A DNA stretch of 64,000 nt. Source: the human T2T-CHM13v2.0 reference genome, Homo sapiens. The notes beneath the pieces were generated by a model. That model was given only the letters and a program-made list of their open reading frames with translations. It made no database searches and was not told the DNA's origin. A program made the translations under genes and the position numbers. How positions within the stretch are numbered: the stretch's first letter is position 1; the number at the start of each line of letters is the position of its first letter. Below, piece by piece: positions 13,027 through 36,115 of the stretch. Location: assembly GCF_009914755.1 (NCBI RefSeq), contig NC_060927.1; one strand, given 5' to 3'.

Positions 13027-13420
13027 GTGTGTTCATTCAGGTTCTCTGAGAAGCAGATACCAAGATGGGATATGACATGCAAGAGATGTATTGGAGAAAA
13101 TGCCTGTGCAGGAGAACAGAGAGCAAGATGGGGGCATTGGGAGAACCATCAGATTTTGACGCAGTCTGACCCCTGTGAAGGAGAGAAGTAAGGGAGGTCT
13201 TAGACAGCTGTTTAAGGGAGTCCTTGGGTCAGAGTCATCTGTCAGTGGAGCCCCACATCTCTCAGGAATAGGCCTGCCCGAGTATCCCTGCCTTGCTCAG
13301 CCATAGGCTGGGAGCAGCCTGTGGGAGGCATAGCCTTGGCACAGATGGGGTGGCGGGTCCCGAGCACAGTGTCTGGGGTCTCTGGCAATCACGCTCCCAC
13401 AGTGGAAGGTTGGAGGGCCT
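13027..13420 (-). mobile_element. LTR16-family (ERVL) LTR
   Basis: gttctctgagaagcagataccaagatggga...gctcagccataggctgggagcagcc. Confidence 0.65.
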
Positions 13421-14590
13421 GGCAGTGGGCTAAGAGGGCTGTGGCCCAGTCCTCTCCACAGCCTGCCACCAGCTCGGCGCCTAGCCAGTCCCAGCAAAGT
13501 CAGTTCCCAAGGTGGTGAGACTGTGGGAGGGAAACAGCCATCCCCACACAGGCCTCCCTGCAGGCCTCGAGGGAAGGTCACCCAGGACAACCAGCTCCAC
13601 AGCAGAGGGAGGATCTGTGAGGCACTTTCATGTCAATAGGGGTTGCATGTCCTCAGAGGAAATCAAACCGTGAAATCATTTCCAACACAAAAGCCCATTT
13701 ATTTTAACAAGGGAAAAAAACAGTGGCTCCAAACAGCCCTCAGACATGATGGGTACCCTGTGGACGTCTGTGATGCCTTGTGGTCCATTCACAGTTCCTG
13801 GTAGGCACAGAGCGAATCTTTTCCATGTTTTGGGTTTTTTGTTTGTTTGTTTGTTTTTGTTTTTTAAATGGACTTAGAGGGTTGTGAGCATTTTGCAAAA
13901 GAATCAAACACCATGCCAGTTGCCAGTCTGTGCCAGCACCTTTGATTCCCAGTCTGGCCCTGCTCAGTGGCAAGATTTAGATTTAAAATCCATTTTTCCA
14001 AGAAGACAGGATGGTGAACATGTAAGTCTGATATTCAGTCTCCAGGCCTGGTGACTTGCTCCTCCGAGGCCCCAAAGCCCAGGAGAGATGCTCACTCGGT
14101 TCTCTCCATGTTCCGTCTGAACATCACCTGCTTCAGTTCCCCAGTAGATTGGTTGTGCCAATTGACCTGGTATATCACACAGCTGTGGCCTCGGGGCTGT
14201 GTTTTTATCTCCTAAGTGGTTAAGATTTAAAGATGGGGAGCAGAGTGGGCGGGAAAGGGCGGGAAGACGTCAGCAGATGTGAAATCAGGCAGACAAAAAT
14301 AAACAGGGCACTCTTCCTTCCTGTCTGTAGGGCTCACCATCTCCAAGAGGTGGGTCAATTCTCCTCCCCAGGAGCAGATGGGGAACTTCACAGCCACATC
14401 CTCAGTTCAGTTTCTCTAGCCGCTTCTAGGGTTTTCCCGAGCCTGCCCTCAAGCTGTGAGGAGCCTCTTTTGTAGCTCACATCCCAACCATGTGGATTAA
14501 TGAAAATGTCACAGGGGCTTTTTCTTTTTGATGTTGCCTTACACATGCACCTCAAATGTCCCCAAGTCCTCTGGCCTTCTGGAGTCACCC

Positions 14591-14889
14591 ATTTTTTTAT
14601 TTTAGATTTAGGGGTACATGTGAAGGTTTGTTACATAGGTAAGCATGTGTCACAAGGGTCTGTTGTACAGATTGTTTCATCACCCAGCTATTAAGCCCAG
14701 TACCCAATATTTTTTCTGCTCCTCTCCCTCCTCCCTCCCTCCACCCTCAAGCACGCCCCAGTGTCTGTTGTTGCCTTCTTTGTGTCCATAAGTTCTTACC
14801 ATTTAGCTCCTATGTGTAGGTGAGAACATGCAGTATTTGGTTTTGTGTTCCTACATTAGTTTGCTAAGAATAATAGCCACCAGCTCCAA
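14591..14889 (-). mobile_element. L1PA-type 3' end fragment
   Basis: ggggtacatgtgaaggtttgttacatagg...gtgagaacatgcagtatttggtttt. Confidence 0.85.
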
Positions 14890-15423
14890 TCCACTTATTT
14901 ATTACTCAAAAAAAATAGATCCAACCACTAATATCATGAAACTAGGGGAAGTTGTGCCCTCTCACCACTGAAACTAGCCCATTCAAGGTCACCAACGACC
15001 TTCGTATTGCAAAGCCAATGACACTTTCAACCCTCGTCTTAATTCTACAGACACACTCTTCTTTCTCTTCTCCTGCCTCCTGGCCGCGCTGTCTCAGCCT
15101 CATTTTCTGGCTCTTTCCTCTCTTTGAATTCTTGGGGGCTTGGTCCTGGACCCTCTATTCTTCTCATTCTTCTCTATACCCTCTGCCCAGATGAGCTTAC
15201 TCAGGCCCATGATATCAAACACCAATGGCACCAAATTTCACATCCACTGATGAAAATGCCTTTGTAAAAATTACAACATTGAGAAAAATCTGGCATAAGG
15301 AAATTTTGAAAGTGAAAGAAATCTGACCTGACTCTATCTTGCTTCGAACCTTCATGCTACCCTTGTTCATTCCTGGGCATAGGCCAAACTAACTTTGGGA
15401 GGAATTTAGTTTATAGTTTAACT

Positions 15424-16352
<929 letters not shown>

Positions 16353-16453
16353 CTATAGTTTAACTTTGAAACAAAAATGATAACAGCTCTCCCCGAAACA
16401 AACTCCCTCCTTGCTTGGGGACCAGACTACCTTTGTAAAAGTAACAAATTGGA

Positions 16454-17230
<777 letters not shown>

Positions 17231-18130
17231 ACATGATTAGAAAGTATGACCCAGGAGTCATGCAGCCAGAGGCCACAAGATCACTAACCTCCCCAATTGC
17301 TCCTGTAGATAATATTACTATTATCAAACCTAAGATTGATATTTGAGGTATTTTTCAGATCCTATGTTCTGATGGACCAGCTGACACCACCCAGACAGGT
17401 AATCTGGCTCAACTAGTTCTGCAATCCCACTCAGGAATAGAAGACAGCAAGAAGAGCCCATTTCAGCCCTCTATGATTTCATCCTGACCCAACCAGTCAG
17501 CATTTCTCATTCCCTAGCCCCCCACCCACCAAACTTTCTTTAAAAAGCCCTAGCCTCTGAATTTTCAGGGAGGCTGATTTGAGTAATAATAAAACTCTGG
17601 CTTCCCATTTAGCTGGCTCTATGTGTATTAAACTCTTTATCTATTACAATCTCTGTCTTGATTAATCAGTTCTACCTGGGCAGCAGGCAAGAAGAACATG
17701 TGGGGAGGTTACGCTGACTTTCAGAACACTCAGTGGATTTCTTCACCTCTCCTCTTTTTTTTTTCTCTCCAACATGTTTCTCCCCAAATCTGTCCCATTT
17801 CAATAAATGGCCAACTCTCACTCAACTCTCCCAGATGCTCAAACCAGAAACTTAGCAATTCTCCCCTTTTCTATATCATTTCCTGTATCTCTACCCACAA
17901 TCTCAGTCTGTTCCACTACCCAGAGCTCTCTTGAGTTCGTCAGTCCCTCCAGTGCTTTCTGGCTCCAGTGTCACCTCCCTGACATCAGCCCCCATCACCT
18001 CACCTGTGCTATAACTGCCTTCTGAACACTTCAGGTGTGGTATAATAGCAAATATGTATTTCACCTTTGCCCCAGATTTCTGGCACACAGCTCCCAGAGC
18101 TCCAAAACCCTCTGGAATTTCCTGTGATCG

Positions 18131-18814
18131 TGTTAGAGTAGATAGTTAGCCAGATACGAGCAGGACAGGAGAGGGCTCCCGGGCAACAGGAATGTCAGGC
18201 AATCATCAGGTGATGGTCAGGAAGTTGTTAAACTATCTCTCTGAAATAATAATTGGTCACAGCCAGCACCAGGGAAAGGCCGTCTCCCGGTAGATAGAAA
18301 ACATCTAAAGCTGGTGATCAGCAGCTTCCCAGTAAGATCTCAGGAGTTGGGTGAGTGGGCTCAAGCATGTGCACTAATAGGCAAAATGGCAGAGTTTAAC
18401 TGGTATGTGACCTTCCTCTATGAACACTCGACTGGTAAGGGAAAAATGAGCATCTACACAACTTCAGTAAACACATTGCGCATGTGGCCCCTCCCAAGTG
18501 CCGCAGGCCGCTGCACACTTGGGTAGCCCACCCCAAGGGAAGAGTTGGGGGAGAAGCAATGCAACCCTGGAAGCACGCCAACCTATAAGACCCCAAGTCA
18601 AAGTTCAAACCACACACTTGACTCTCTCAAGTTGCCTGCTTGACCCTCTTACAACTGTACTTTACTTCCTTTCATTCCTATTTAAACTTTCACTCTTACT
18701 CTAAAACTTGCCTCAGTCTCTCACTCTGCCTTATGCCCCTCCATCGGATTCTTCCTTCTGAGGAGGCAAGAATTGAGGTAGCTGCTGATCTCTATGGATT
18801 CCCAGCTGCTAATA
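18131..18814 (+). mobile_element. MER50 solo LTR
   Basis: tgttagagtagatagttagccagat...gaggaggcaagaattgagg...gctaata, TSD at(c/a)g. Confidence 0.85.
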
Positions 18815-19190
18815 ATAGGACTGTGTTTTGTTATTTATAGCAAGCCCCTTTCAACCGTACTTGAGTTTATGCTAATGAGATGACTCCTGCAGGGAAGCGG
18901 GTGCCTAGATAGCTTCAGGTTGGGGGCTGGTGCCAGAAAGACAGGAGTGATTAAAGTGTTGGAACTGTCAGCCCAGCCCCTGACCTACATGGAAGAGGTT
19001 CTGAATATTGAGTTCAATGGCCAATGGTCAGGAATTTGATCAATCATGCCTGCAATAATGAAACCTCCATAAAAAGCCCTAAAGACTGGGATTCACAGAG
19101 TTTCTAGGTTGGTGACCATGTCCATATGCTGGGAGGGCAGTGCACCTGGAGAGGGCAAGGAAGCTCCATGCTGCCCACCCCCACACCTTG

Positions 19191-19551
19191 TGATATGGTT
19201 TGGCTGTGTCCGCACCCAAATCTCATCTTGAATTGTAGTTCCTGTAATACCCACATGTTGTGGGAGGGACAGAATGGGAGATAATTGAATCATGGGGCAG
19301 CTTCCCCCATACTGTTCTCATGGTAGTGAATAAGTCTCAGAAGATCTGATGGTTTTATAAAGGGAAACGCCTCTTGCTTGGCTCTCATTCTCCCTTGTCT
19401 GCCACCATGTAAGACGTGCCTTTCACCTTCCACCATGATTGAGAGGCCTCTGCAGCCATGTGGAACTGTGAGTTCATTAAACCTCTTTTTCTTTATAAAT
19501 TCCCTAGTCTTGGGTATGTCTTTATCAGCAGTGTGAAAACAGACTAATACA
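19191..19551 (+). mobile_element. THE1 (THE1C-like) solo LTR
   Basis: tgatatggtttggctgtgtcc...gaaaacagactaataca, TSD (c/t)cttg. Confidence 0.93.
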
Positions 19552-19852
19552 TCTTGCCCTGTGCATCTCTTCCATCTGGCTATTCCTGGTTGGATCCTTT
19601 ATAATAAACCAGTCAATGTAAGTAAAGCATTTGCCTGAGTTCTGTGAGTCATTCTAGCCAAGTACTGAACCTGAGGAGGGGGTCATGGGAACCCTCAAAT
19701 TGGTAGCCAAGTTGGACAGAGGTACAGGTAGACTGGGACCTGGGACTTTTTGGCTGAGTCAGAAGTGGGGCAATCTTGTGGGACTGAGCCCTTAGCCTGG
19801 CATCTGTGCTAACTCCGGTTAGTGTCGGAAGTGAATTGAATTGTTTGGAGAG

Positions 19853-20768
19853 TGAGAACTAAAAAGAAAACCTTAAACCCCCCACCTAACTGAATGGACC
19901 TCCTCTTGGCCAAGGGGACCCCAGGGAAACCTTAAAAACTGAATTCTCAGGCATGACGGGACAGGAGGTCAAACTCGCCTCAGTATACTCCCTCCCTTTC
20001 ACAGTTTAGACACAACTCACCAGCGTTAATGTGAAAACAGAGATCCTAAGACTAACAGAACGGACTCTTTGTGGCAATAAGATACCAAATTACAAACAAG
20101 ACCTAACGGTGCGCCAGGCAAGGGTGAGGTCACACACCCTACACTTAAAGAATAAACTATGTTCCAACTGCCACAAGGTTTTTCTTTTTCTCTAGCCCCT
20201 AAACAAGCACTGGCCTTGAGATAAGCAATACTGAAACAATTGCGGTTCATCCCACAGACGCTGGCTGTCTGATTCCCCATTCTACAAGCCACACTACAGC
20301 CTTGATAGGACAGAAGACTGATTTCTATACATTTCTCCTGATAAGAGACCACTGACCATGGGCTAGTTCTGGCTGGGTTTGACAGAGGCTGCGCACTGGG
20401 GTGCCTTCATGTCTCTTCCTCACCTTCTGACATATAGGGCTTAATTGTAATGCATTTGAATGTTAAGTCTCCACCCCAAAGTGAACCTGGGTTATATGAT
20501 ACAGGCATGTTTGTTAAATAGGCATGCATCAGGACCCCCTTCATGCATATTCATAGCCCCTCCTATAACCTGTTGAATGTGTGTACTTGGCCAACCATCT
20601 GGCATAAACCCCTGTTCCAACCCGTTCTCCTTCAAAGTGCCTGCCTTTTGGGCTCTGCCGGCGGCTATGCTTCCCAGCCTGGGAATGGCCAGCCTGCAGG
20701 CTGTAACCCTCTATCAGAAATAAAGTCTCCTCTCCAAATGTATAGATTTCATGATTTTTCAGTTGACA
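19853..20768 (+). mobile_element. MER4D/E-like solo LTR
   Basis: actgaatggacctcctcttggccaaggggacccc...gaaataaagtctcc...agttgaca. Confidence 0.8.
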
Positions 20769-20833
20769 ACACCCAGATGATGTCAGAGAATTCGAGAACG
20801 GCTTGGTGTGGAAAAACCACAAATTTGATGTCA

Positions 20834-21178
<345 letters not shown>

Positions 21179-21889
21179 CTAACCCTGTCCCTAAGTCCAT
21201 TCTTAACATGGCGGCTGTGGTCATCTTTTCAGAGCTTAGTGCAGGTTATGTCACACTTTCTTACCAATCCCCATGAGCAAACCCAGTAATGGGCCATGAG
21301 ACCCCAACTCCCCCAGCCCCTACCCAGCTCAGCATCCCTTCACCCAGTACCCTTCCCACTCCAGCCACTCAGGCCCTGCTTGCCCACATTCCTCTGCAGG
21401 AATGCCCCTCCCCACCTGAGACGATGGTATTTCTCAACCTTCAGATCTCCTTCAAATGATACCCCTTAACAGGCTCCCTGAAAATTCTCGTGACTATATT
21501 TGCAGACCTGTTAGCTCCCCCTTTTCTCAGTCTCCTCCTTCTAGACCACAAGAATGTGTCTGTGGTGGGGGAAGGCTGCTTATAACCAAGAATGTGATTG
21601 TTTTCCTAGGCTGAAGTGCATCTGCTCATGGGCCGCCCTGTTAGCAACATAAAGAATTGGCTGAGCAATTAAAGGACACTTGTTCTCTGGCATTGACACA
21701 ATTCTCTGACCAAATTCTAGGGTGGAGCTCTCCCTCAAGAACATGTGCTTCTCTCCCTCAAAGCGATTTCTGTGAGCTGAGAGGGCCAATGGAAGATCCT
21801 GTTCTCTCCCTTCCAGAGAAAACTTTGGGAGTCATGGCATTCCCCCTCCCTGGCTGTGGTGACTACTTAGGTGTTTGAAATACCTGCTT

Positions 21890-22280
21890 TAATACAGGGC
21901 AACCCACACCCTGGCAATGGTGCTAAGCTGGGAGTAATCGCCTGGCTCAAGCTGGGCCAGAGTTTCTCCCCAGAAATTTGGATTTGGGACAGAAAAAGGA
22001 GAGTCAATCATCTTTTGAGAGCCCAGACTCTAACAGGGGATAGGAGTTCAAGATGGTCACCACGGCCAGGGAAGCCAACAGCACATCTGTGATGAGCAGA
22101 GGAGAAAGTGGCGGGGATTGGGGGACACTCCAACTGAGCACCTTCCTTCACACACCTGTGCCAGCTGCTCTTCTGGCCTGTGCACCATGACATGTGCCCG
22201 TAACTTGTCAACAGCTTCCGTTTTCCTTAAGCTAGGTTGAGAGGGGCTCCTGTCATTTGCAAGCAAAAGAATAATAAATA
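21890..22280 (+). mobile_element. MLT1K-like MaLR LTR
   Basis: caagctgggccagagttt...cttaagctaggttgag...gtcatttgcaagcaaaaga. Confidence 0.5.
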
Positions 22281-22328
22281 ACATAGAAGGGAAGTGTTTG
22301 AAGACTCAGCCTATTGATAATTAAATAG

Positions 22329-22650
<322 letters not shown>

Positions 22651-22769
22651 AGGAGCTACCTCTTTATGAAAAAACAACAACAACAACAAAAATCCGCTCT
22701 AGTCTGACCTGTTTGGAACCAGACAGATTTGAGTGTGAATTCAAGCTTGGATCCAGCGTGACCCTGGGC

Positions 22770-24051
<1,282 letters not shown>

Positions 24052-24425
24052 CCACTTAACCTCTCTGAGACTAACTGAGTTCATATGTGAAATGGGGCTC
24101 ATAATGCTCACAGTGTTCTGAAGATAAAAGACATAAAAACGTTATAGGGGTTAGGTGTTCCAATGACCAGAATTTTCTTGTCTTCTGACCAAAGCTCACT
24201 ATTCCCAGGATTCAGGTGTTTTTGGCAGTAGTATCAAAAGTCTTAAAGTTGAGGCACATATCTGCAGACTCCACATTGTTCCTGTAGGATTTTCCCAAGG
24301 GATAAAGTAACAGCATATTGTGCTAAGACTTACAAACATCACTGTTCACTGTAACCAAACATTGGAAACCAACCAACAGTAGGGACTAGTTTCACAAATC
24401 ATAGTGTACCACTCCCATAAACCAT

Positions 24426-25040
24426 GTATAAGGGTTAAGGGAAAAGTTCCCCTTCTCTGAAGGTTCACTGAAAAATCAACTGACAAAAGGCAGATTAATA
24501 GGAGAAAATACAAAATGTATTTTGACATGTATAACTAGGGGGCACCACAGGAGAATGATTACCCAGTAACCCAACGGGATACAGAAGCTTATATACCCTT
24601 ATTCATAGGAAACGGGGGAGATGGGAAATGCAGGCAATTTCCCATATGGGGAAATGCAAATGATTATTAGGGAGAATGAGTGGACAGAAATTAGCTTATA
24701 AATGATTCTCTTCGGAATCTGAATGAGCCGACAGGCAGGCATTATCTTGTGAAAAAGCTCATCCATGTGTGGTTGCATTCCTCAGTCTTACTTTCTGAGA
24801 TAGATAATGAGATTTCAGGGAGGGGAAGAAGGGAATTTGTGATACCAATAACAATGTATAGTCAATCAATAGCTTATGTTATCTTAATATAAATTCTTGG
24901 TAAACATCTTAGGAATGGCCTCTTCTTTTTTCCTTAAAAACCTAACTCTAACTGCTGGTAATCAGAGTGTATATTCAGGGCAACTTGAATCTATGCTCCT
25001 AGGTGGCCATCCTCAAACTATGAGTCAAATAAACTATATA
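24426..25040. mobile_element. Two abutting ERV1 LTR fragments (MER4-group, minus, ~24426-24840; MER57/MER93-like, plus, ~24840-25040)
   Basis: aactgacaaaaggcagattaataggag; cagggcaacttgaatctatgctcc...aaataaact. Confidence 0.6.
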
Positions 25041-25771
25041 ACTAGTATATATAACTATATATATATAACTATAACTATAATTATTATCACTCCACCATCA
25101 GCAAGCTTTGAGGTTATTTCAGGATTCTGCTATCACTCAGTACTACTATGAAAATTCTGTACCTGTCTCTGAAGGCATGAGTTTCTCTGGGGATAGCTGC
25201 AGGAGTGGAATAGCTGGGTGAGGTCCACGTGCATGCTCTACAAAATGACTATTTCCAAAGTGTTCTGGCAATGGAGGAGAGCCTTCCTTGCTCCACATCC
25301 TCCACAACACTTGCTGTCACCTGGCTTTGTAGTCAGTGCTCCTTTGGTAGGTTTACAGTGGCAACTTCCTGTCTCCACATGCCAGTCCCAAAGGTGGGAT
25401 CAGGTGTTTAGCTCCCTATGAGTCAGCTCCTGAGGCCGCCTTCTGGGAGTTGTTAGAGGGCCAAGGAGAACAACAGGGTCTTTGGTGCTGGAAGGAGTTG
25501 GGTCTGCCTTCCAGATCCCCCACCAATAGGCTGTGCTACCTTAGGTAAGTGCCATGACCTCACTGAGCTTCCATTTCTGCCAAATGAGGATGGCTCCTAA
25601 CGTGCAGAGCTGTCAATGACGAATGCCCAACTGAAGATCTTGTAAAGCACCAAGCAGAGTGCAGTGGCTGTGGTTGTTCTGTTCTACCCTTTGCCTCTCA
25701 TTCGTAATTTTGTCTCCAGGTTCTAGAACTGCCATACTTACGCCCTCTTGACACTGATTCCAGTTGTTCAT

Positions 25772-26127
25772 TGCTAGGGTTTGAATGTGTCCTGCAAAGT
25801 TCAGGCAGGATCTTTAAGAGGCGATTAGGCCATGAAGGTTCTGTCCTCATGAATGGATTAATGCCGTCATTGTGAGAGTGGGTTAGTTATTGTGGGATTG
25901 GGTTCCTGATAAAAAGATGAGTTAGGCCCCCTTCCCTGCTCTCTTTCTTGCATGTGCTCTCTTGGCCTCTCACCTTCCACCAGAGGATGATGCAGCAAGA
26001 AGGTTCTGCCAGATGCTGGCTCCTTGACTTTGGACGTTTCAGCCTCCAGAACTGTAAGAAATACATTTCTTAAAAAAATTACCCAGCCTGTGGTATTCTG
26101 TTACTGCAACACAAACAGACTAAGACA
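25772..26127 (+). mobile_element. MST (MSTB-like) solo LTR
   Basis: tgctagggtttgaatgtgtcc...cagactaagaca, TSD t(t/c)cat. Confidence 0.85.
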
Positions 26128-26714
26128 TCCATCTTGGCACATCTAAATGACAGTTGCTTCAAAGGTCTTTGTTTTGTTTCTGATGGATCAAGACAACTGC
26201 TCAAAGAACAGATCACTTGGGGAAGAATCTTATATAGCAAATTCCTCTATGGTTTTGCTGTCAGAGAAGAAAGCCTTGTGGCTCCATCTGATTCAGTGAT
26301 GTGGTTGATCTGGGGCATATTTAAGTCTAAGTGACAAAGCTGGATTAGCAAAGGCTCTGCTAGGCTGGGTCTGTGTGTACATGGCCTTGATAGATATACT
26401 GGTTTGATGAAATGCAAATATCTGACAAAGACTATGGGAACACAAGCCTTCTTTGTCATGTTTTATTGCGATCTGGGGGGTCCTAACTCTTTTATAAGAG
26501 GGGGATAGGGAAGGAGAATGAAGGGGACTGAGTATTGGCCCTGAGCCAGTCCAGTCTGAGCTCAGGACTTTACTCACTGGATCTCAAGAAAGAGGTAGGT
26601 CTCTTACATCATCCTGAAAACAGAATGGGAGGTTTATTTCAGTGACTTCTCAGAAAGAAAAAAAAAATCAGTAGTTCTGCAATGGCTTTGTTTTCTGACT
26701 TTCTTATATAAAGG

Positions 26715-27459
26715 GATTTGGAGTGCTCAATTTTACTTATCATCAGAGAAATCAGATTAAACCACAATGAGATAACTCTTCACACCAACCAGAATGGTAA
26801 AATGAAAAGAATGGCAAAATCAAGTGTTGATGAGGATGTGGGAGAGCAAGAACTCTCCTTTGCTGATAGCAACTGTACAACCACTTTAGAGCCCTGGTTA
26901 GCCGGATCTATTACTAGGATCTACCAGTATGCTATGACCCAGCAATTCCCTTCTCATTGATATACCCAATAGAAATGTCTACATTAGTTCACCAACAGCC
27001 CTGCCCTATAGAATATTCACAGCAGGACTATTCAAAATAGCCCCAAAATGAGAACTATCCAAATGCCTGTTACAGTGGAATAGCTAAAGCATGGTACATC
27101 ACACAATGGAATATTACACAGCCATAAAAATGCACACACTGCAATGACACACAACAATGTGAATGATTCTCACAAACATAATGTTGAACAAAAGAAACTG
27201 GACTCAAAATAATACATACTGTGTGATTCTAGTTACATGAAAAACAGAGATAGTCAAAACTGATATATGCATTTGGAAGTTAGGATAGTAGTTACCCTTG
27301 GGAAGGTGGTGGTTAGGTGAGGACACAGGGGGCTTCTAGGGTGCTGGTCAGGTGCTACTTCTTGATCTGGGTTCAGGTTGCACACAGGTATTCAGTTAAT
27401 GAAAATCCATCATGCTATACTCTTTCCATATAACATACTTCTATCAAAAGTTAAAAAAA
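26715..27459 (+). mobile_element. L1ME-type 3' end (ORF2 C-terminus + 3' UTR)
   Basis: aaccacaatgagata...tatgacccagcaattcc...caatggaatatta...cttgatctgggt. Confidence 0.82.
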
Positions 27460-27569
27460 GATTGGCAGGTGGCTATTACCTTTAGCCTGCACCCAATGGA
27501 GGTCAACTCATAGGTGGGAAATTCATGGATTTGAAAACTTAGGTGCAGATAAGACCTCAGACATCATTC

Positions 27570-28920
27570 AGTACAGAGAGCAGACATTCAGGGATTAAAT
27601 CCTTACTCCTCTATTTACCAGCTATGTGCCATTAGGCAATCTACTTAAACTCTCTGAACCTCCATTTCTCTATTTGTAAAATGGGATAATGGAATTTATC
27701 TAGGAGAGCTGTTATAAGGATTAAGGGCAAGAATGCAAACTCTTAGCCAGTGCTTAGCAAATGTCAACTATTATTAGCATGATTATTATCCAGTACAATA
27801 TGCATTCATTCATTCATTCATTCACAATAATTAATTAAATACTGTACAAGATACCAGGGTGGGCAAGACACACCTGATCCTTACCCTCACAGAGCTTACA
27901 GTCTAGTCTGGCCTCTTCCTGGACCCACAGTAGTGTTGGAAACAGAAGACACGGTCCCCCCATTCAGGTTTGGCAGGCAAACATTCACTGATAGACACAC
28001 TCTGGAAGTAGCTCTGGGAGCTTCAATAGCCTGGCAATCACTTGGATTATTTGGTTATGAGAGGTGGTGTGGTTTAGAGCCAGGCTGCCTGGGTTCAGAT
28101 CCCAGATCCTCCACTTACGAGCTGTGGAATTTTTTTTTTCTAGCTGTGGAATTTTAGGCAAATTCTTTATCTCCCTTATGCCTATTTCCTCATCTGTGTA
28201 AAGGAGTAGATAACAGAACCTGTCTCGTGGGTTGTTGGGAAGATTTAACAGTGTAATCTATGTAGAGGATATAAAATGATGCTGGGTACAGAGTAGGTGC
28301 TATGATGTGTTAGTGGTCCTTGTTGATCTTGTTATAAATAATCAAGGATTCTCACACTGACCACAGCTAGATGACAACCCGCAGAGAGCCAGACAGACCT
28401 CCTTGGTGTCTGTGAAGAAATCCAAGTCACTCCAGCAGCACTGTGGAGTTCTCAAGAATATGCCTAACTCATGGGTGTCTACTCTACAGCCATGCTTGCA
28501 CGGGTGTGAAATGGTTTGTAAGTCATCCCTTGCTATGGTTAACACAGTAGCAAAAGCACAGAAGCAGCCCAGATGTCTGTGAATAGGAGGTTGGTTAAAA
28601 AGTCCATGACTCACTCAAAGAAAGAAATATTAGCCCTAAGAAAGAACAAGGCAGCTGCATGTGAAATGATGTGAAAAGATTTCCAAGAATATTATTAAGT
28701 GCAAAAAGCAAGAGGCAGTGCATTTACTTCCTGTGTTTTAAAAAAACAAAACCAAAAAAGAATTGTACATGACCAGGTACTTCGGTAATGTGACTTTTGG
28801 TAATGTAGTTGGCTTTGGAGGGGACACTGGGGCATAGGAGTGGGAGGATACCTTCTTTTCACTGTATGTTCAGTTGTTCCTTTTGAATTTTAACCCATAT
28901 GCATGTTTTATTTTTTAAAA
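27570..28920. mobile_element. Cluster of MIR (27570-27790, 28060-28320), L2 (27800-27905) and L1M (28480-28920) fragments
   Basis: MIR cores, (cattcatt)n L2 tail, L1 3' motifs. Confidence 0.65.
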
Positions 28921-29791
28921 GAGTAATCCAGTGACTAGGGCCAATTCAGAAATCAGCACTACAGTTCATTGTACTGTTAAACATCTTTTGCTGCTCTCTG
29001 AGCAGATGGCCCTGGGAGGGGTTGGGCCAGGGCCAGCGGGAAACCTCCCTCCCCTATGGGTGTATGGGGAGCCTGTGGCTAGGCACATGCCTCCAGCTGG
29101 GTCTGCTTGCATGGCCAAAGGGCTGGGGTGAAGAACTGAAGCTGGCAAAGACAGTGGGCTCCAGCAGCCTGGCAGAGGCCACACACACAGGACAAGGTCA
29201 CGGTCCTAATATCTGGGTCTGGCCTTGGCACCTTTCCAGGGGAAAACTCATGGGACAAAGGCTCATTGCAAGCACCAGGAAAGGGCCTCCATTGCAGCTG
29301 CTTCTCTTCATTCATGGGGCAATTCCACAGTGGACCTTGGGGCCAGAGAAGACCAATCTGTTCTGGAAACAGATTTGGAGGGGCCAGTGTTTTCCTGGCC
29401 TGCTCTGGGCCATCAGTGGAATGGAAAGAGCCCAAAGGAACCTTAATTCTTAATTCTTCGTCCATGTGCTCAGCTGAAATATAAAGATTCTTTTCAGAGC
29501 CCTCCCTGAAGTAGCCCTCCAGCTTTGGGACACACACAGCATTGTGTGCAGAGACATTTCCTATAGCCAAGCAAAAGCGACAGAGAGGCCCTTTCAGTTT
29601 GCTGCAAAATAAGCAGGGCTCTGTCCCAAGACAGGCGGCCTTTGCCTCATGGGCCCCTTGGTAATTCATAGGCTGCCTGAGCTCCATTTACTGCCTACAG
29701 TCTATTAGACTAGGGCTTTTCAAATGCCCTTTAGCCAACAATTCTTTATATATATCGATATGAAAAACATATATATATGCGTGCAAACAGA

Positions 29792-30995
<1,204 letters not shown>

Positions 30996-31039
30996 TAGAC
31001 GGCAACACCACACCAGTGCTCCCTTTTCCGATGCGATCA

Positions 31040-33430
<2,391 letters not shown>

Positions 33431-33646
33431 CTGAGATTCTGGGCAGGTCAAGTAAAAAAAATTCACATTCCATGAGTGTGTCCCTGTGGCAGGCAGTTTT
33501 TGTATCTGTGTATCATGAACAATTGTCCTGCCTCAGCCTAAAGCTTTCCTAAAGGAAAGCTGGGTGTCGAAAATGGTACCTGTTGCACAGGCAGGGCCAT
33601 GGGAAGGAATGATCACTGCTTTGCAGGGGCTCCATGCTTTACAGCT

Positions 33647-35218
<1,572 letters not shown>

Positions 35219-35604
35219 AGTCAACTAGAATATTGAACATGTTTTCATTCAAGAAAACAAAATAAAACATTACTGGTAAACACTTAAACAAAACCATTTA
35301 CACTCTGCCTACCTACTGATAAAATTTTTTAACTTTTCAGTATTTTGCTTCTTAAACAACTGTTATGCAAATATAAACACCTTTTTTTGAGATATTAAAG
35401 TTGTTTCCAAGCACATGAAACAGACAAAAACAGCCTGTATTAAATAACCACAGCTGGGATTCTAAATGCTATGCAGAGAATTTGAAAGACCTCTGCCTCT
35501 TATGTATTAAACAGCAGCAGTAAAACATCAGTAGTCTCCTGGCCATTTCTAAGTACCCTTTCACAGTGGTATATTATTCAGTTTGATGCCCATGGGATAC
35601 CATC

Positions 35605-35855
35605 TTTATTTTTTTTTTTAATTTTTTTTTTGAGACAGGGTCTTGTTCTTTCACCCAGGCTGGAGAACAGTGGTGCGATACTACAGTCATGTGCTACCAT
35701 ACCTGGCCAATTTTTTAAAAATTATTTTTTGGTAGAGATGGGATCTCACTATGCTTGTTGCCCAGGCTGGTCGCAAACTCCTGGCCTCAAGCATTCCTCC
35801 CTCCTTGGCCTCACAAAGTGCTGGGATTACAAGAGGGAGCCACTGTGCTCGGCTG
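35605..35855 (-). mobile_element. AluJ with internal deletion
   Basis: TSD gggat(a/g)ccatcttta. Confidence 0.85.
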
Positions 35856-36115
35856 GGATGCCATCTTTATAATCTATTTTGTAACGGTGTAAGGTGATCC
35901 ATTGACTAAGAGAGGACAACCCAGTTGGGGCAGGAAATACATGGATTGTGGATTCAGGTTTGTGTTTAGTTGATGGAGATGGTGCAACTGTTCTAGAATG
36001 GCAGTGGGGGTGGAGAGTAATGCCTACAAGCTTCTGGAATGCTGAGCACTTCAGCTAAGCCAAGATACGGGGAGGCAGGAGGGCATCAAGGATTGTGGGC
36101 TCACATAGGTGCCAA

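Noticed and set aside
29022-29687. 202-aa (-) and 143-aa (+) ORFs in unique sequence
   Set aside because: No recognisable motif or homology and no exon structure evident. Compatible with chance ORFs. PhyloCSF or Ribo-seq would be needed.
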